From an uncultured delta proteobacterium (lineage in GTDB: Bacteria > Myxococcota_A > Polyangia > Fen-1088): a stretch of 64,000 bases of DNA. The position numbers and the translations under genes were made by a program. Location of the stretch: the NCBI GenBank assembly GCA_963767925.1, contig CAVYGB010000002.1, positions 320,001 to 384,000 on the forward strand, given 5' to 3'. The notes under the pieces were generated by a model that did no database searches, was not told the origin of the DNA, and worked only from the letters and a program-made list of their open reading frames with translations. Shown here piece by piece: positions 19,743 to 31,654 of this stretch (the stretch's first letter is position 1; each line of letters opens with the position of its first letter).

Positions 19743-19791
19743 GATGCGCTCCTTCGGCAAGAGGTTGTGCGGGGCGGGTACCCCGCCCGGA

Positions 19792-22473
19792 TCAGCTCAG
19801 GTTCAGCTCCTTGCTCCCGTTATCCGTCACTGGAACTGGAGCCCGCCCCTCCCCCTGGAACAGCGGCAGCCGCACTCGAAAGGTCGTCTTGCCGGGGACC
19901 GAGGCGACCTCGATGGCTCCGTTGGCCCGGCTCACGACGAGCTGGGCGATGGCCAGGCCCAGGCCCCTGCCGTTGCCGGTCTTCGTCGTGAAAAACGGAG
20001 AGAAGATCCTCGCCACCGCGTCGGGGGCGATGCCCGGCCCGTTGTCCATCACCTCGAGGACGGCGCTCTTGCCGTCCTGCCGGGTCTGCACGCGCACGAC
20101 CCCTTTCTCGCCGACCGCCTCGACAGCGTTCTGGACGAGGCTGCGCACGAGCTGATTGAACTCCTCGGGGATGCAGTGGACGGCGCTCTTGTTTGCCTTC
20201 AGATCCAGCTCCACCTGACAGTCGGCCTCGATGGGGGGCGCCACCAGAGACGTCACCTCCTTGACCGCCTGGTCGAAGGCCACCTCGGAGGCCTCCTTGG
20301 GATAGCCCTCGCGGGCGTACCGCCGCATGATGGCCACCACACCTTCGATGCGAGAGACCCCCTCGGTGGCGCTCTTCACCAGCCGATCAATCCGCTCCTT
20401 GAGACGGTCGAGGGTGGCCACCCGCGCTGGATCGGTGAGGGCGGCGCCCGCCACCTGCTCCCGGATCTTGCCCACGTTCTCGAGAATCATGAGCTGAGCG
20501 CCCTTGATGAAGTTCAGCGGGTTCTGGATCTCGTGGGCCAACCCGCCGCTCACGATCTCCAGCCCCTCGGCGTGGGCCCGCATGAGGCTGTTGACGTGCC
20601 GGCCCCGCCGCTCGAGGAGCTGCTCGATGGTGGCCCGCAGCTCCTTGGGGTTGAAAGGCTTGGCCAGGTAGGCATCGATCCCCGCGGCCCGGGCCGCCAG
20701 CCGATCCTCGAGCTGGCCCTTGGCGGTCAACATGAGGATGGGCGTCTCGGCGAAGCGTGCGTCCTGGCGCAGGGCCTGGATCATCGTGAGGCCGTCCATC
20801 TCCGGCATCATGTAGTCGGTCACGATCAGGTCGGGGTGCTCGCGCTGGGCCACCTCCAGGCCCAGCCGGCCGTTGGGAGCGACGAAGACGGTGTACCCCT
20901 CCCGGAGCTGCAGATTGATGAACTCGAGGATATCTTCGTGGTCCTCGACGACGAGGACGCGCGGCTCCCCGGTGCTCTTGGACCGGCTAACCTCCCGGCG
21001 CTCGGCGGCGTCGCCGATCTCGGCGAAGCGGTAGTCGCTCTGACGTTGCAGGCGCAGAGCCCACTCCCGGGGCTCCTGGTCCTCCTGCCGCCGCAACTCG
21101 GTGGGGGCGTCGGCGGACTGGACACTGCGCCGGTCGCGCAGCCCCTCGGGGATGTGATCGGGGCCTTCCAGGAGCCGCACGACGAAGCGGCTGCCCTGAC
21201 CGGGGGTGCTGTCCACCGTGAGGTCGCCGCCGTGCAGGGTGACGATCTCCCGTGCATACGCCAGACCGATGCCGGTGCCTCCGTAGCGGCGGGTGACCGA
21301 GCCGTCGCCCTGGGTGAAGCGCTCGAAGATGCGAGGCAGCGCTTCGGGCGCGATGCCGATGCCGGTGTCGGTGACCGCCAGCTCGACCTGGCCGCCCTTG
21401 CTGTCGAGAGTGACGGTGACGCCGCCTTTGCTCGTGAATTTCAGGGCGTTGGAGATCAGATTGACGACCACCCGCTCCATCTTCTCTCCGTCGACGTGCA
21501 GATCCTGAGGAGTGTTCTCGACGATCAGGTCGAGCGTCAGCTTCTTTCGGTTGGCCAGCGGGCGAGCGTAGGCCACCACCTCGTCGAGCAAGCTCCGCAG
21601 ATCGTTGCGCTCGGGCCGCAGGCGGAGGAAGCCCTCCTCCTTCTTCGCCAGATCGAGGAGGTCGTTTATCAGCTTCAGCAAGCGGAGGGCGTTGCGGTGG
21701 TTGGCCTCGAGGTAGGCACGCTGGGTGGGCGTGAGCGGGCCGAAGTCCTCGGCTAGCAGGCCCTCGATGGGCGCGATGATCATCGTCAAGGGGGTGCGCA
21801 GCTCATGGGTGATGTTGGCGAAGAACTGCCGCTGAAAGCGGTTGAGCTCCTCGATCTTCGTGCGTTCCTCGGCCACCCGCTCGAGGACGGCGGCCGGCGC
21901 CGTGATCGACACGCCGAAGATGACCAGCAGGGCGAGGGTGAAGCCCATCGCCGCCGTGCCCGGGACGTTCCTCAAGAAAGGAAAGTCCAGCATGTGAGCC
22001 CCGTAGGCCATGCAGCTTATCGCGACCGCCTTGCCCGACATCCCCAGCGACGCCGTCCGGAAGAAGAGACCGCGAACGGGGGTCTCCATCAGCGGCAGGG
22101 CCACCCCCGCCGCGACCGGAAGGTTGACCAGCCAGAAGGGCGCACCGAGGAAGGAGGCCAGGAGACTGCCGCCTATCCCGGCGGCCATCGCGACCAGATA
22201 GAGCCGCATCCGGATCGAGAAGCCGCCGATGCGGGCGATCAGGTCGGCGTGGGCCAGCGAGACCAGGAAGCTGGGTGCCAGGGTCATGGCCAGGGCCAGG
22301 GCCGATTGGGCCGGGAAGCTTTGCACGAAACCAGCGACGATCGAAGATCCCCAGACGAGCACCAACCCGCGGTGCAGCTTGGTACGGTACTTGGCCCAGA
22401 ACACGAGCGACACCGCCAGGTTGATGACCATCACACCGACGCAAATCAGCAGCAGCTGCCGAACCGTCTCCAT
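19792..22473 (-). CDS. Hybrid sensor kinase: ~7-TM input, HisKA-HATPase, REC, second HisKA-HATPase
   Basis: ~200-aa hydrophobic N-terminus; H-boxes ITHELRTPL and LAHEIQNPL; two ATPase domains (NLISNALKF...GTGIGL; NAVEA...DNGPGI...GLGL); REC with TDYMMPEMDG. Confidence 0.92.
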   Translation of the reverse strand: METVRQLLLICVGVMVINLAVSLVFWAKYRTKLHRGLVLVWGSSIVAGFVQSFPAQSALALAMTLAPSFLVSLAHADLIARIGGFSIRMRLYLVAMAAGIGGSLLASFLGAPFWLVNLPVAAGVALPLMETPVRGLFFRTASLGMSGKAVAISCMAYGAHMLDFPFLRNVPGTAAMGFTLALLVIFGVSITAPAAVLERVAEERTKIEELNRFQRQFFANITHELRTPLTMIIAPIEGLLAEDFGPLTPTQRAYLEANHRNALRLLKLINDLLDLAKKEEGFLRLRPERNDLRSLLDEVVAYARPLANRKKLTLDLIVENTPQDLHVDGEKMERVVVNLISNALKFTSKGGVTVTLDSKGGQVELAVTDTGIGIAPEALPRIFERFTQGDGSVTRRYGGTGIGLAYAREIVTLHGGDLTVDSTPGQGSRFVVRLLEGPDHIPEGLRDRRSVQSADAPTELRRQEDQEPREWALRLQRQSDYRFAEIGDAAERREVSRSKSTGEPRVLVVEDHEDILEFINLQLREGYTVFVAPNGRLGLEVAQREHPDLIVTDYMMPEMDGLTMIQALRQDARFAETPILMLTAKGQLEDRLAARAAGIDAYLAKPFNPKELRATIEQLLERRGRHVNSLMRAHAEGLEIVSGGLAHEIQNPLNFIKGAQLMILENVGKIREQVAGAALTDPARVATLDRLKERIDRLVKSATEGVSRIEGVVAIMRRYAREGYPKEASEVAFDQAVKEVTSLVAPPIEADCQVELDLKANKSAVHCIPEEFNQLVRSLVQNAVEAVGEKGVVRVQTRQDGKSAVLEVMDNGPGIAPDAVARIFSPFFTTKTGNGRGLGLAIAQLVVSRANGAIEVASVPGKTTFRVRLPLFQGEGRAPVPVTDNGSKELNLS

Positions 22474-22599
22474 CGCTCCCCCCCCGCTTCATCCCCCCGC
22501 TATCTGGACGCATCGCCATGCGCGCGGCGGTAGTAGCTAGGGTTCGGTGGGCGAGGCTGCGTACCTTACCCTCGGTGCGGGTGGCGGTGATTTGCATCC

Positions 22600-23568
22600 T
22601 CACACCGACGAGGGCGGTGGCGGATCGGTGCCCAGCACAATCTGGGCGAACGGTCGGCGGCGGCGAGACAGGTTCCAGGAGACCCCACGCTCTTCGTGAT
22701 ACGAGCGGCCGGCCACCTCCTTGAGCAGGCGGCGGGCCCGGCGCAGGCGGTACCAGGGCAAGGCGGGAAAGAGATGATGCTCGGTGTGGAAGTTGAAGTT
22801 GAGGGTGAAAAACTCGGAGACGACGGGCGGGTAGTAACAAGAGCGTGTGGTCACCCATTGCTCCCAGAGGGGCAAACGCCCCTCATGCGTGGGCATACCA
22901 ACGTGATGGGGAAGGTTGACCAGCTCGACGACGACGAGGTACGTGACGAGGGCGGGGCCGAAGTTTGTGAAAGTGAGCAGCCCCGGCTGCACCTGGGCGA
23001 CCACGAGGTAGGCCCCCGCCAGGAAAGCCACCGAAGAGGCGCAGCGGAGGAGCTGTCCGCGGCTGACTCCCCGAGCCTGAAGCAAACGCAGGGGGTAGGT
23101 CCAGAAGACCACGTGCTGGAACACGGCCATGATCGGGATCCAGCTCCGCCAGCCGAAGCTGACCGGCCCGGGCACCTTGCCTCTTTCCCGCCAGACCCGG
23201 AGCGCGCGCATGGTGGGGTCGCGGTCGACGTTCCCCGTCCACACGTGGTGGGCTTGGTGGATGAACTTCCAGGGAAAGTAGGGCAAGAAACAAAGGACGC
23301 TGGCCAGGTGTCCGAACACGGTATTCATCCAGGGACGAGAAAAGGCGCTGCCGTGGCCGCACTCGTGCAGGAGGGCGAAGCTCTGGAAGAAGGCCGTCAC
23401 CAGCAGGAGCTGCGACAAGAGGTAGGCCCCCCTGCCACCCGCCCGCAGCATCAGCAGGGCGAGCCCCACGAGGGTGATCGTCCCCGTCCACACCAGCAAC
23501 GTGATCGCCGTGCTGGGCTCGAAGGATAGGGACCGCTTGAGGGTCACGTATTCAGCCTTTCCGAACAT
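22600..23568 (-). CDS. Membrane fatty acid desaturase family protein
   Basis: Three His boxes HECGH, HQAHH and HTEHH (followed by LFPALPW); TM segments. Confidence 0.9.
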   Translation of the reverse strand: MFGKAEYVTLKRSLSFEPSTAITLLVWTGTITLVGLALLMLRAGGRGAYLLSQLLLVTAFFQSFALLHECGHGSAFSRPWMNTVFGHLASVLCFLPYFPWKFIHQAHHVWTGNVDRDPTMRALRVWRERGKVPGPVSFGWRSWIPIMAVFQHVVFWTYPLRLLQARGVSRGQLLRCASSVAFLAGAYLVVAQVQPGLLTFTNFGPALVTYLVVVELVNLPHHVGMPTHEGRLPLWEQWVTTRSCYYPPVVSEFFTLNFNFHTEHHLFPALPWYRLRRARRLLKEVAGRSYHEERGVSWNLSRRRRPFAQIVLGTDPPPPSSV

Positions 23569-23586
23569 CGTCTGCGGCTCTCCCTG

Positions 23587-25782
23587 TCAGGTCGTTCGTG
23601 CGAAGCGCAGCTCGGCGTCGAGGTAGGCGAGCCAGGCCGGCAACACCCGGACCCGGGCCAGCCAGCGAACGCCCGGCCCGATGGCCTGCCATCCCAGGGA
23701 GGTCAAGGTCTCGCCCCCCTGCGTCCCATCCTGGAAGAAGAGACACTCAGAGGCGCCGGCGTCGCGGTAGTGCTGAAGCACGGTCGTCATCAGCGCGGCG
23801 AAGTTCCGGCCCCGCGGGGCCCGGGGGCTCAAGGGGATGGTCCAGCACAGGTTCATCAGTCCGAAGATGCTGACGCAGTCGGAGCTCGACTCGCACAGGA
23901 CCGCCAGCAACGGCTCTCCGTTCTCGCTAGCGACGAAGATCTCCCGCCCGCGGGTCAGCCCCCGCCGGGCGCTGTCAGCAGAGAAGGCCCGCAGGTCCAG
24001 CTCGGACTCGCCCAGGGAGAAGGCGTCGACGAGCAGCGGGGAAAGAGTGTTCCCGGCGACCTTGGCCACCAGTGCCCGTTCCTCGGCGGTCGCCGGGCCC
24101 ACAATGGCGCCGGAGTCGGTCTCGACCACCGGCGGCTCATCGCTGGTGTGACGGCGGTAGACCTGCAGGAGGTCGTAGAGCTGGTCGGAGGCGGTGCCGT
24201 ATTTGTCGACGAAGTCGCCGTACAGCCGCTGGTTCCAGAGCTTTCCCTCCTGGAAATACGACAAGAAGTAGGTGCACCCGGCGACGTGCTGCAGGGTGTA
24301 CATGATCCCGGAGTAGAGTTCGCGGGAGAGGTCGAGAAACTGCTCGCGCCCACCTTCAAGGCGCTGAGCCTTATCGACGGCGAGCCCATGCATGAGCCAG
24401 GTGCGGGGGTGGCTCTGATTGGCGGCGATGGTGCCCACCGGCGCGCGTCGATCGGTGAGAAGCAGGAGCCGCCCGCTATCGCCGCCGAAGCGGGTCCAGG
24501 CGTTCTTGAAGTCCCGGCGCACCTCCCCGGTGCGCCCGGGGGGGATCCACTTCTCGAGGTATGCTGACCGTTCGTACACCTCCCACACCCGGTCGATTCC
24601 CTCGGCGCTGGCGGCGGACACCCGGGGGTGCATGCGCCCGAACACGAACTCGTGCCAGCGGCCCTGATCGTCCGGGCTCGCGAAGTCGAGCAGCTCGACG
24701 CCGAAGCGGACCTCCGCACCGGCCGCGCGGCTCATGCCCCGGATCTTGCCCGTGGCTTGCAAGAGGCTGCCGTCGGGGAGCGACAGGTGCATGTTGGGCA
24801 GCCGGTCGCCGGGAAACAGGAGGTCGTTGTGCCAGTCCAGCGTCAAGCCGATGCCTCGGGCCGCTAGATCGCGGGCCGGCTTCGACAGGTCTCGCCCCAC
24901 GACGTGGGGGTGAGGGAACCGCACCTGCAGGCGATCGTCGATCGCCAGCGCCTTGCGAGAGGAATCGCGAAAACCCGTCTGCAGCGTCTGCAGCGGCATC
25001 CCAAGCACCACCCGCCCGTTGCGGGAGGCCAGCACGGGGGCCTCGAAGATGAAGACCGAGTTGCGGCCGGGGAGCAGGAAAGTCAGGTTGGCCCCGGCGC
25101 TGAGGGCCTTGCCGTCACCCCGGAACACGCCGATCATGACGTCGGCGCCGTGGTCGACGCCCAGGGATACAATCTGGAGCTGCGCGTCCTGCGCCTCCCC
25201 GTCGCGGAACACGTGCAGGGTGGCCTGGTCCCTGATCGCGGCGGCGAGGATCACCCGATTTATCGACTCCCGGTTCTGATTGCGGACGGCGCGTTCGCTC
25301 TCCATGAGGCGGGTGATGTCAATGCTGCCCTTGAGGTACTCCCGCACCATGAACCGGGAGAGGGCGCCCAAGCGCGGGCGGTCGAGCTCGCCGAAGCTCA
25401 CGCCGACTCCAACGGCGTCGTGGTCCGGCAGCGGGATGGTTCGCACGACGCGGACGAGAGTGTGAAAGGCGGGCTCGCCGGCCAGGTGGACGATCACCGG
25501 CAGGCGGGTCGAATGGTTCAGTCCCTCGGCGGAGGCGAGCACCAGGCTACCGCCGCCGGCGCTGATGTCGCGCAGCTCGGAGCGAGTGTGATCGCCGAGC
25601 TCGATGCGCGCACGGCCCGGCAGAAGCCGCAGACGATAGCTGGCTCGGCGGTCGATGTCGTCGGACGTGTTCCGCCCGGCCTCGCCGTCGCGGCCCGTCC
25701 AGACGGAAAGAACGGGGGTCTCGAGACCTCCGCCGCTGACCGGCACGGCGAAGAAGCTGTCTGGACCGAAGATCACGCTCAT
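23587..25782 (-). CDS. Dual PilZ-domain protein with C-terminal GNAT-like (acyltransferase) region
   Basis: PilZ1 RRASYR...DISAGG; YcgR-N-like barrel then PilZ2 RDSSR...DLAARG; C-terminal ~340 aa alpha/beta region (PVGTIAA...TWLMHGLAVD; REIFVASENGEPLLAVLCE) inferred to be a tandem GNAT fold. Confidence 0.75.
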   Translation of the reverse strand: MSVIFGPDSFFAVPVSGGGLETPVLSVWTGRDGEAGRNTSDDIDRRASYRLRLLPGRARIELGDHTRSELRDISAGGGSLVLASAEGLNHSTRLPVIVHLAGEPAFHTLVRVVRTIPLPDHDAVGVGVSFGELDRPRLGALSRFMVREYLKGSIDITRLMESERAVRNQNRESINRVILAAAIRDQATLHVFRDGEAQDAQLQIVSLGVDHGADVMIGVFRGDGKALSAGANLTFLLPGRNSVFIFEAPVLASRNGRVVLGMPLQTLQTGFRDSSRKALAIDDRLQVRFPHPHVVGRDLSKPARDLAARGIGLTLDWHNDLLFPGDRLPNMHLSLPDGSLLQATGKIRGMSRAAGAEVRFGVELLDFASPDDQGRWHEFVFGRMHPRVSAASAEGIDRVWEVYERSAYLEKWIPPGRTGEVRRDFKNAWTRFGGDSGRLLLLTDRRAPVGTIAANQSHPRTWLMHGLAVDKAQRLEGGREQFLDLSRELYSGIMYTLQHVAGCTYFLSYFQEGKLWNQRLYGDFVDKYGTASDQLYDLLQVYRRHTSDEPPVVETDSGAIVGPATAEERALVAKVAGNTLSPLLVDAFSLGESELDLRAFSADSARRGLTRGREIFVASENGEPLLAVLCESSSDCVSIFGLMNLCWTIPLSPRAPRGRNFAALMTTVLQHYRDAGASECLFFQDGTQGGETLTSLGWQAIGPGVRWLARVRVLPAWLAYLDAELRFARTT

Positions 25783-26043
25783 GAATGCCGCGCCCCCTTC
25801 GCCGCAGATTGTTGTGCCACGTGGCGTGTAACGCTTGTTACGACACGAAGTGGCAAAAAGGTGGGTGCGAGGGATGTGCCACCCCACCTCGGCCGGACCG
25901 GTCATGGTGGGAGGCGCGCAATCTGCCGCAAAGGCTGGCTCACCGTCGGCGACCAGAGGCGCTGTCCTATCCTCGGTATGGTGGCGGCGCCTGCGGTACT
26001 GGTGTGCAGACCCTACACAACGCCCCTGGCTATCGGCCGGCGT

Positions 26044-27576
<1,533 letters not shown>

Positions 27577-27756
27577 CGGCCACCCGGGCACATGGGGGGA
27601 GTTTGCCTCACGGGTAGGAGCGCCGGGCGCAAACCTGGGCGAAGATGGAGGCAGGTGACGCGACGGGCCTGCCGTCGCGTCGAATGGGGGCTCAACCGGG
27701 CGCGCTCTGGCACCGATGAGGCCATGGGCAGAGCAACCACCGGTGGGGACTTCAGC

Positions 27757-29752
27757 ATGACCTTCGCGGCGACCGGAGAGGCCAGGGGCGAGGCGACCGA
27801 TCGGATCTCGGCGCTCGAAGGCGCGATGGGCAACGGCGATCGGGAGGGCGCCATCATGGATGCGCTCGGGGATCCCTCGACCCTGGTGCGCGAGCGGGCC
27901 ATCGCGCTGGCCGCCCGCCACCTGTCGCCCGAGGCGCTCGGCGCCCTGCTGGGCAACGGGGAGAACGCGGTGCTGCGCAACTCGGCCTTCGCCGCGCTCG
28001 AGCGGCAGGGGCCCTACGCCGTCCCTCATCTATTGAAGCTCACGGTGGACGGGGACAGCGAAGTGGCGATGTTCTCGGTGCAGATCCTGTCGCTCATCAA
28101 CGACAGCTCGGCCAGCCGCGCGCTGCTGCCCCTGCTCGACCACCCCGACCGCAACATCGCCCAGTCGGCCATCGAGGCCCTCGGCAACGTGCAGGCGATC
28201 GAGGCGGTGCCGGCCCTGATCCGCCTGCTCAACGCCGACCTGTGGCTGCAGTTCGCGGCGGTGGTGGCCCTCGGCAAGCTGGGCGATCCCCGGGCGGTGC
28301 GCCCCTTGCTCGAGCTGTGTTCCCACGAGGTGCTGGGCGAGCCGGCCATCGAGGCCCTGGGGCGCATCGGCTCGCCCGAGGCCCTGCGGCCGCTTGTCGA
28401 GCTGCTGTACGCCAACGACCGCATCCCTCAGCGCGACCAGGTGCTGCGGGCGGTGGCCGCCACCCTCGAGCGCAACCCGCCCGCCCCCAGCCAGGGCAGC
28501 CGGGTGCGGGCCGGCCTCACCGAGGTGGGGCAGAAGAGCGGCCTGACCGACTGGCTGCGCGGTCTGCTCGGCTGCGACGACGTCGAGCTGGCCCGGGCCG
28601 CCGCCACCGCGGTGGTCCACCTGCAGCTCTGGGAGCTGATGCCCCAGGTGCTCCTGCGCAGCGCCGATCCCGAGGAGGTGCGCTGGACGGCGGCCTTCTT
28701 CCGCCGCTGCCGCAAGCAGACCCAGCCCCCCTTGCTCGAGCTGCTGCGCAGCGACGACCTGCGGGTGCGGCGGGGGGCCCTGGCCTGCGGGGCCTTCGAC
28801 GGGCGGGCGGTGGGCCCCCTCATGTTGTGCATGCGCGACAAGGAGGCCGACGTGCGCGCCGCCGCCTGCCGGGCGGTGGGGGCCCTGCGCAAGCCCCACG
28901 CCATCTCCGCCCTGTGCACCAGCCTGCGCTCGGACAACAGCCAGGAGCGGACCGCCGCCGCCCACGCCCTGAGCCAGATGCCCGGGCAGCGGCTCGACGT
29001 GCTCGAGCCGGACCTCGACCCCGCGCTCGAGCCCGACCGCATCGTCACCGCCCTCGAGATCCTCGAGTCGGCGCGCAGCACCTGCCTGTCGGCCAAGGTG
29101 GCGGGGCTGCTGCGCGATCCCCGGCCCATCATCCGCCGCTCGGCGCTGCGGGTGCTGCGCCACCAGGGCGGGCGGGGCCCCGATGATCGCATCGTCGAGA
29201 TGCTGGCCGATCCCGATCCTTCGGTGCGCACCGAGGCGGTGGAGGCGCTGGTGCGGCGGCGCTGCCGCAAGGCGGAGGCCGCCCTGGTGGGGTTGCTCGA
29301 CCTGTCCGACCCGCTCCGCTACCACGTCATCCGGGGGCTGGGCCGGCTGCAGGTGGCGCAGCGCGGCGGCCAAGCTGATGGAGATCTTCGCCACCGCCCC
29401 CTCCCACGAGCGGATCGAGATCGTCGCCGCCCTCAACCTGATCGCCGCCCCCGGGCTGCTGCCCTTCTTGAAGGATCGCCTCGGGGACCACGACCTCGAG
29501 ACCCGGCGGGTGGCCTCCGACGGCCTGGCCCGCCTGGCCCGCCCGGAGGACGTCGCCGAGCTGGTGACCCTGTCGAGCGACGCCGACTGGACGGTGCGCA
29601 ACCACGCCGCCTGGGGCCTGGGCCGGCTGGCGCTGCCCCAGCTCCGCGACGTGCTCTTGCAGCTCTGCCGCGACGTCGAGCCGGTGGTGGCCCGCACCGC
29701 CCGGGTGGCGCTGAGCAAGCTCGCCGCCAAACCGCCGGGCGCCGTCGGATGA
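27757..29752 (+). CDS. HEAT/PBS-lyase repeat protein of a chemosensory cluster (one-base insertion near 29358)
   Basis: Repeated L.D.D..VR..A..ALG units; the frame shifts at GTGGCGCAGCGCG and HEAT repeats continue in ORF 29183..29752, whose TGA overlaps the cheR ATG (ATGA). Confidence 0.82.
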
Positions 29753-30576
29753 AACACCTGACCGACGAGGAATGGAAGCTCCTCTCCGATCTCATCAGCG
29801 AGCACTTCGGGCTGGTCTTCCCCACCACCCGCCGGGCGCTGCTCGAACACCGGCTGCGGGCCCGCCTCGAGCGGCTGCACCTCGACACCTTCGCGGAATA
29901 TTACCGCTTCCTGGTCTGTCACCCCGAGCGGCACAACGAGCTGCGCGAGCTGCCGATGCTCATCACCAACAACGAGACCTACTTCTTCCGGGAAGCGCAC
30001 CAGTTCCGGATGTTGACCAAACACCTGCTGCCCGAGCTGGGGCCCCGCCTGCGCCAGCGCCCGCTGCGCATCCTCTCGGCCGGCTGCTCCTCGGGCGACG
30101 AGGTCTACTCGATCGTCATCTCGCTCTACGAGTGGTCGGACAACCTGGCGGGGGGCAACTGGCTGGTCGACGCCTGCGACCTCAACCGCCAGCGGCTGGT
30201 GCAGGCCCGCGAGGCGGTCTACGAGCCCAACCACCTGCGGGCCTGCGACGAGGTCATGCGGACGGCCTACTTCGACCAGCGCGACGGGCGGTTCGCCCTG
30301 CGCAAGAAGTTCATGACCGGGACCCGCTTCTTCGAGCTGAACCTGGCCTCCACCACGATGGAGTTCCCCGGCGCCCCCTACGACATCATCTTCTGCCGCA
30401 ACGTCCTCATCTACTTCTCCAACCCGGCCTTCGAAGCGCTGATCGGTCGCTTCCACGAGGCGCTGGCCGACCACGGCTATCTGTTCCTGGGGCACGCCGA
30501 ATCGCTGATCGGCCGGCGCGAGGACTTCCGTCCCGTGCGCTACCAGGGCAGCATCGTCTACGAAAAGCGCCGATGA
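29749..30576 (+). CDS. cheR: Chemotaxis protein-glutamate methyltransferase CheR
   Basis: [49 protein letters not shown]. Confidence 0.93.
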   Translation: MKHLTDEEWKLLSDLISEHFGLVFPTTRRALLEHRLRARLERLHLDTFAEYYRFLVCHPERHNELRELPMLITNNETYFFREAHQFRMLTKHLLPELGPRLRQRPLRILSAGCSSGDEVYSIVISLYEWSDNLAGGNWLVDACDLNRQRLVQAREAVYEPNHLRACDEVMRTAYFDQRDGRFALRKKFMTGTRFFELNLASTTMEFPGAPYDIIFCRNVLIYFSNPAFEALIGRFHEALADHGYLFLGHAESLIGRREDFRPVRYQGSIVYEKRR

Positions 30577-31631
30577 CCCGGGTGTTCGTCGTCGACGACT
30601 CGCCTTTCATCCGGAAAGCGCTCTCGCGGATCCTGTCGTTGCGCCCCGACTTCGTGCTGGTGGGGGCGGCCGCCTCGGGGACCGAGGCCCTCGAGCGCAT
30701 CCCCACCGCCCGCCCCCACGTCGTCACCCTCGACGTCGAGATGCCGGGCCTGGACGGGCTCGAGACCTTGAAGCAGCTCATGAACCGCCACCCCGGGCTG
30801 CCGGTGGTGATGCTGTCGGCCCACACCCACGACGGGGCCCACACCACCCTCGACGCCATGGCCATGGGGGCGATGGACTTCATCGACAAGAGCGGCCTCA
30901 ACGTGATGGACTTCGACCGGCTCTCGCGCGAGCTGCTCGGCAAGATCGAGGCCTGCCGGGACAGCCGCCGCCCCTTCAAGTGGGACCGGCCCGGGCGCCC
31001 CACCCCGGTCGCCACCCCCCGCCCCTTCGGCCTGCGCCCGCGCTCGCAGTCGCTGCCCCGGGTCGACTGGGCGGCCTTCGACCTGTGCGTGATCGGGGCC
31101 TCGACCGGGGGGCCGGCGGCCCTGCAGGCGGTCGTCGAGCGCATCCCCACCAGCTTCCCGGTGCCGGTGGCGGTCGTGCAGCACATGCCGGTGGGGTTCA
31201 CCAAGCCCTTCGCCGACCGGCTCAACGGCCTGGCCCGCATCCGCGTGCGCGAGGCGCTCGACCAGGACCTGCTCGAGCCGGGGGTGATGCTGGTGGCCCG
31301 GGCGGGGGCCCACCTGCACGTGGCGCCCGACCTGACGACGGCGGTGGCGCTCGACCCCCTCGACGCCAAGCACATCCCCAGCGTCGACGTGTTGATGACC
31401 TCGGCGGCGCGGGCCCGGGGCAAGCGGGTGCTCGGGGTGCTGCTGACCGGGATGGGGGACGACGGCGCCGAGGGGATGCTCGCCATCCACCGGCAGGGCG
31501 GCCTCACGGTGGCCGAGAGCGAGGAGACCTGCGTGGTCTTCGGCATGCCCCGGGCGGCGCACATGCGCGGCGGGGTCTCGCACCTGCTGCCCCTGCCCGA
31601 CATCTGCCAGCTTTTTTCGCCGAACGACTAG
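30573..31631 (+). CDS. cheB: Chemotaxis response regulator/methylesterase CheB
   Basis: MTRVFVVDDS...TLDVEMPGLDG REC domain; IGASTGGP, VQHMP, LTGMGDDG; ATGA overlap with cheR. Confidence 0.95.
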   Translation: MTRVFVVDDSPFIRKALSRILSLRPDFVLVGAAASGTEALERIPTARPHVVTLDVEMPGLDGLETLKQLMNRHPGLPVVMLSAHTHDGAHTTLDAMAMGAMDFIDKSGLNVMDFDRLSRELLGKIEACRDSRRPFKWDRPGRPTPVATPRPFGLRPRSQSLPRVDWAAFDLCVIGASTGGPAALQAVVERIPTSFPVPVAVVQHMPVGFTKPFADRLNGLARIRVREALDQDLLEPGVMLVARAGAHLHVAPDLTTAVALDPLDAKHIPSVDVLMTSAARARGKRVLGVLLTGMGDDGAEGMLAIHRQGGLTVAESEETCVVFGMPRAAHMRGGVSHLLPLPDICQLFSPND

Positions 31632-31654
31632 AGGTCTTCGAGGGGTAGGGGCCA

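Noticed and set aside
25804..25819. TGGCAC sigma54-like motif upstream of the PilZ gene
   Set aside because: GG-to-GC spacing is 11 rather than 10, and it lies very close to the start codon.
27592..30576. Apparent 994-aa HEAT-CheR fusion in the ORF track
   Set aside because: Caused by a one-base insertion near 29358; the intervening translation is nonsense while HEAT repeats continue in another frame and end in an ATGA overlap with cheR's own start.
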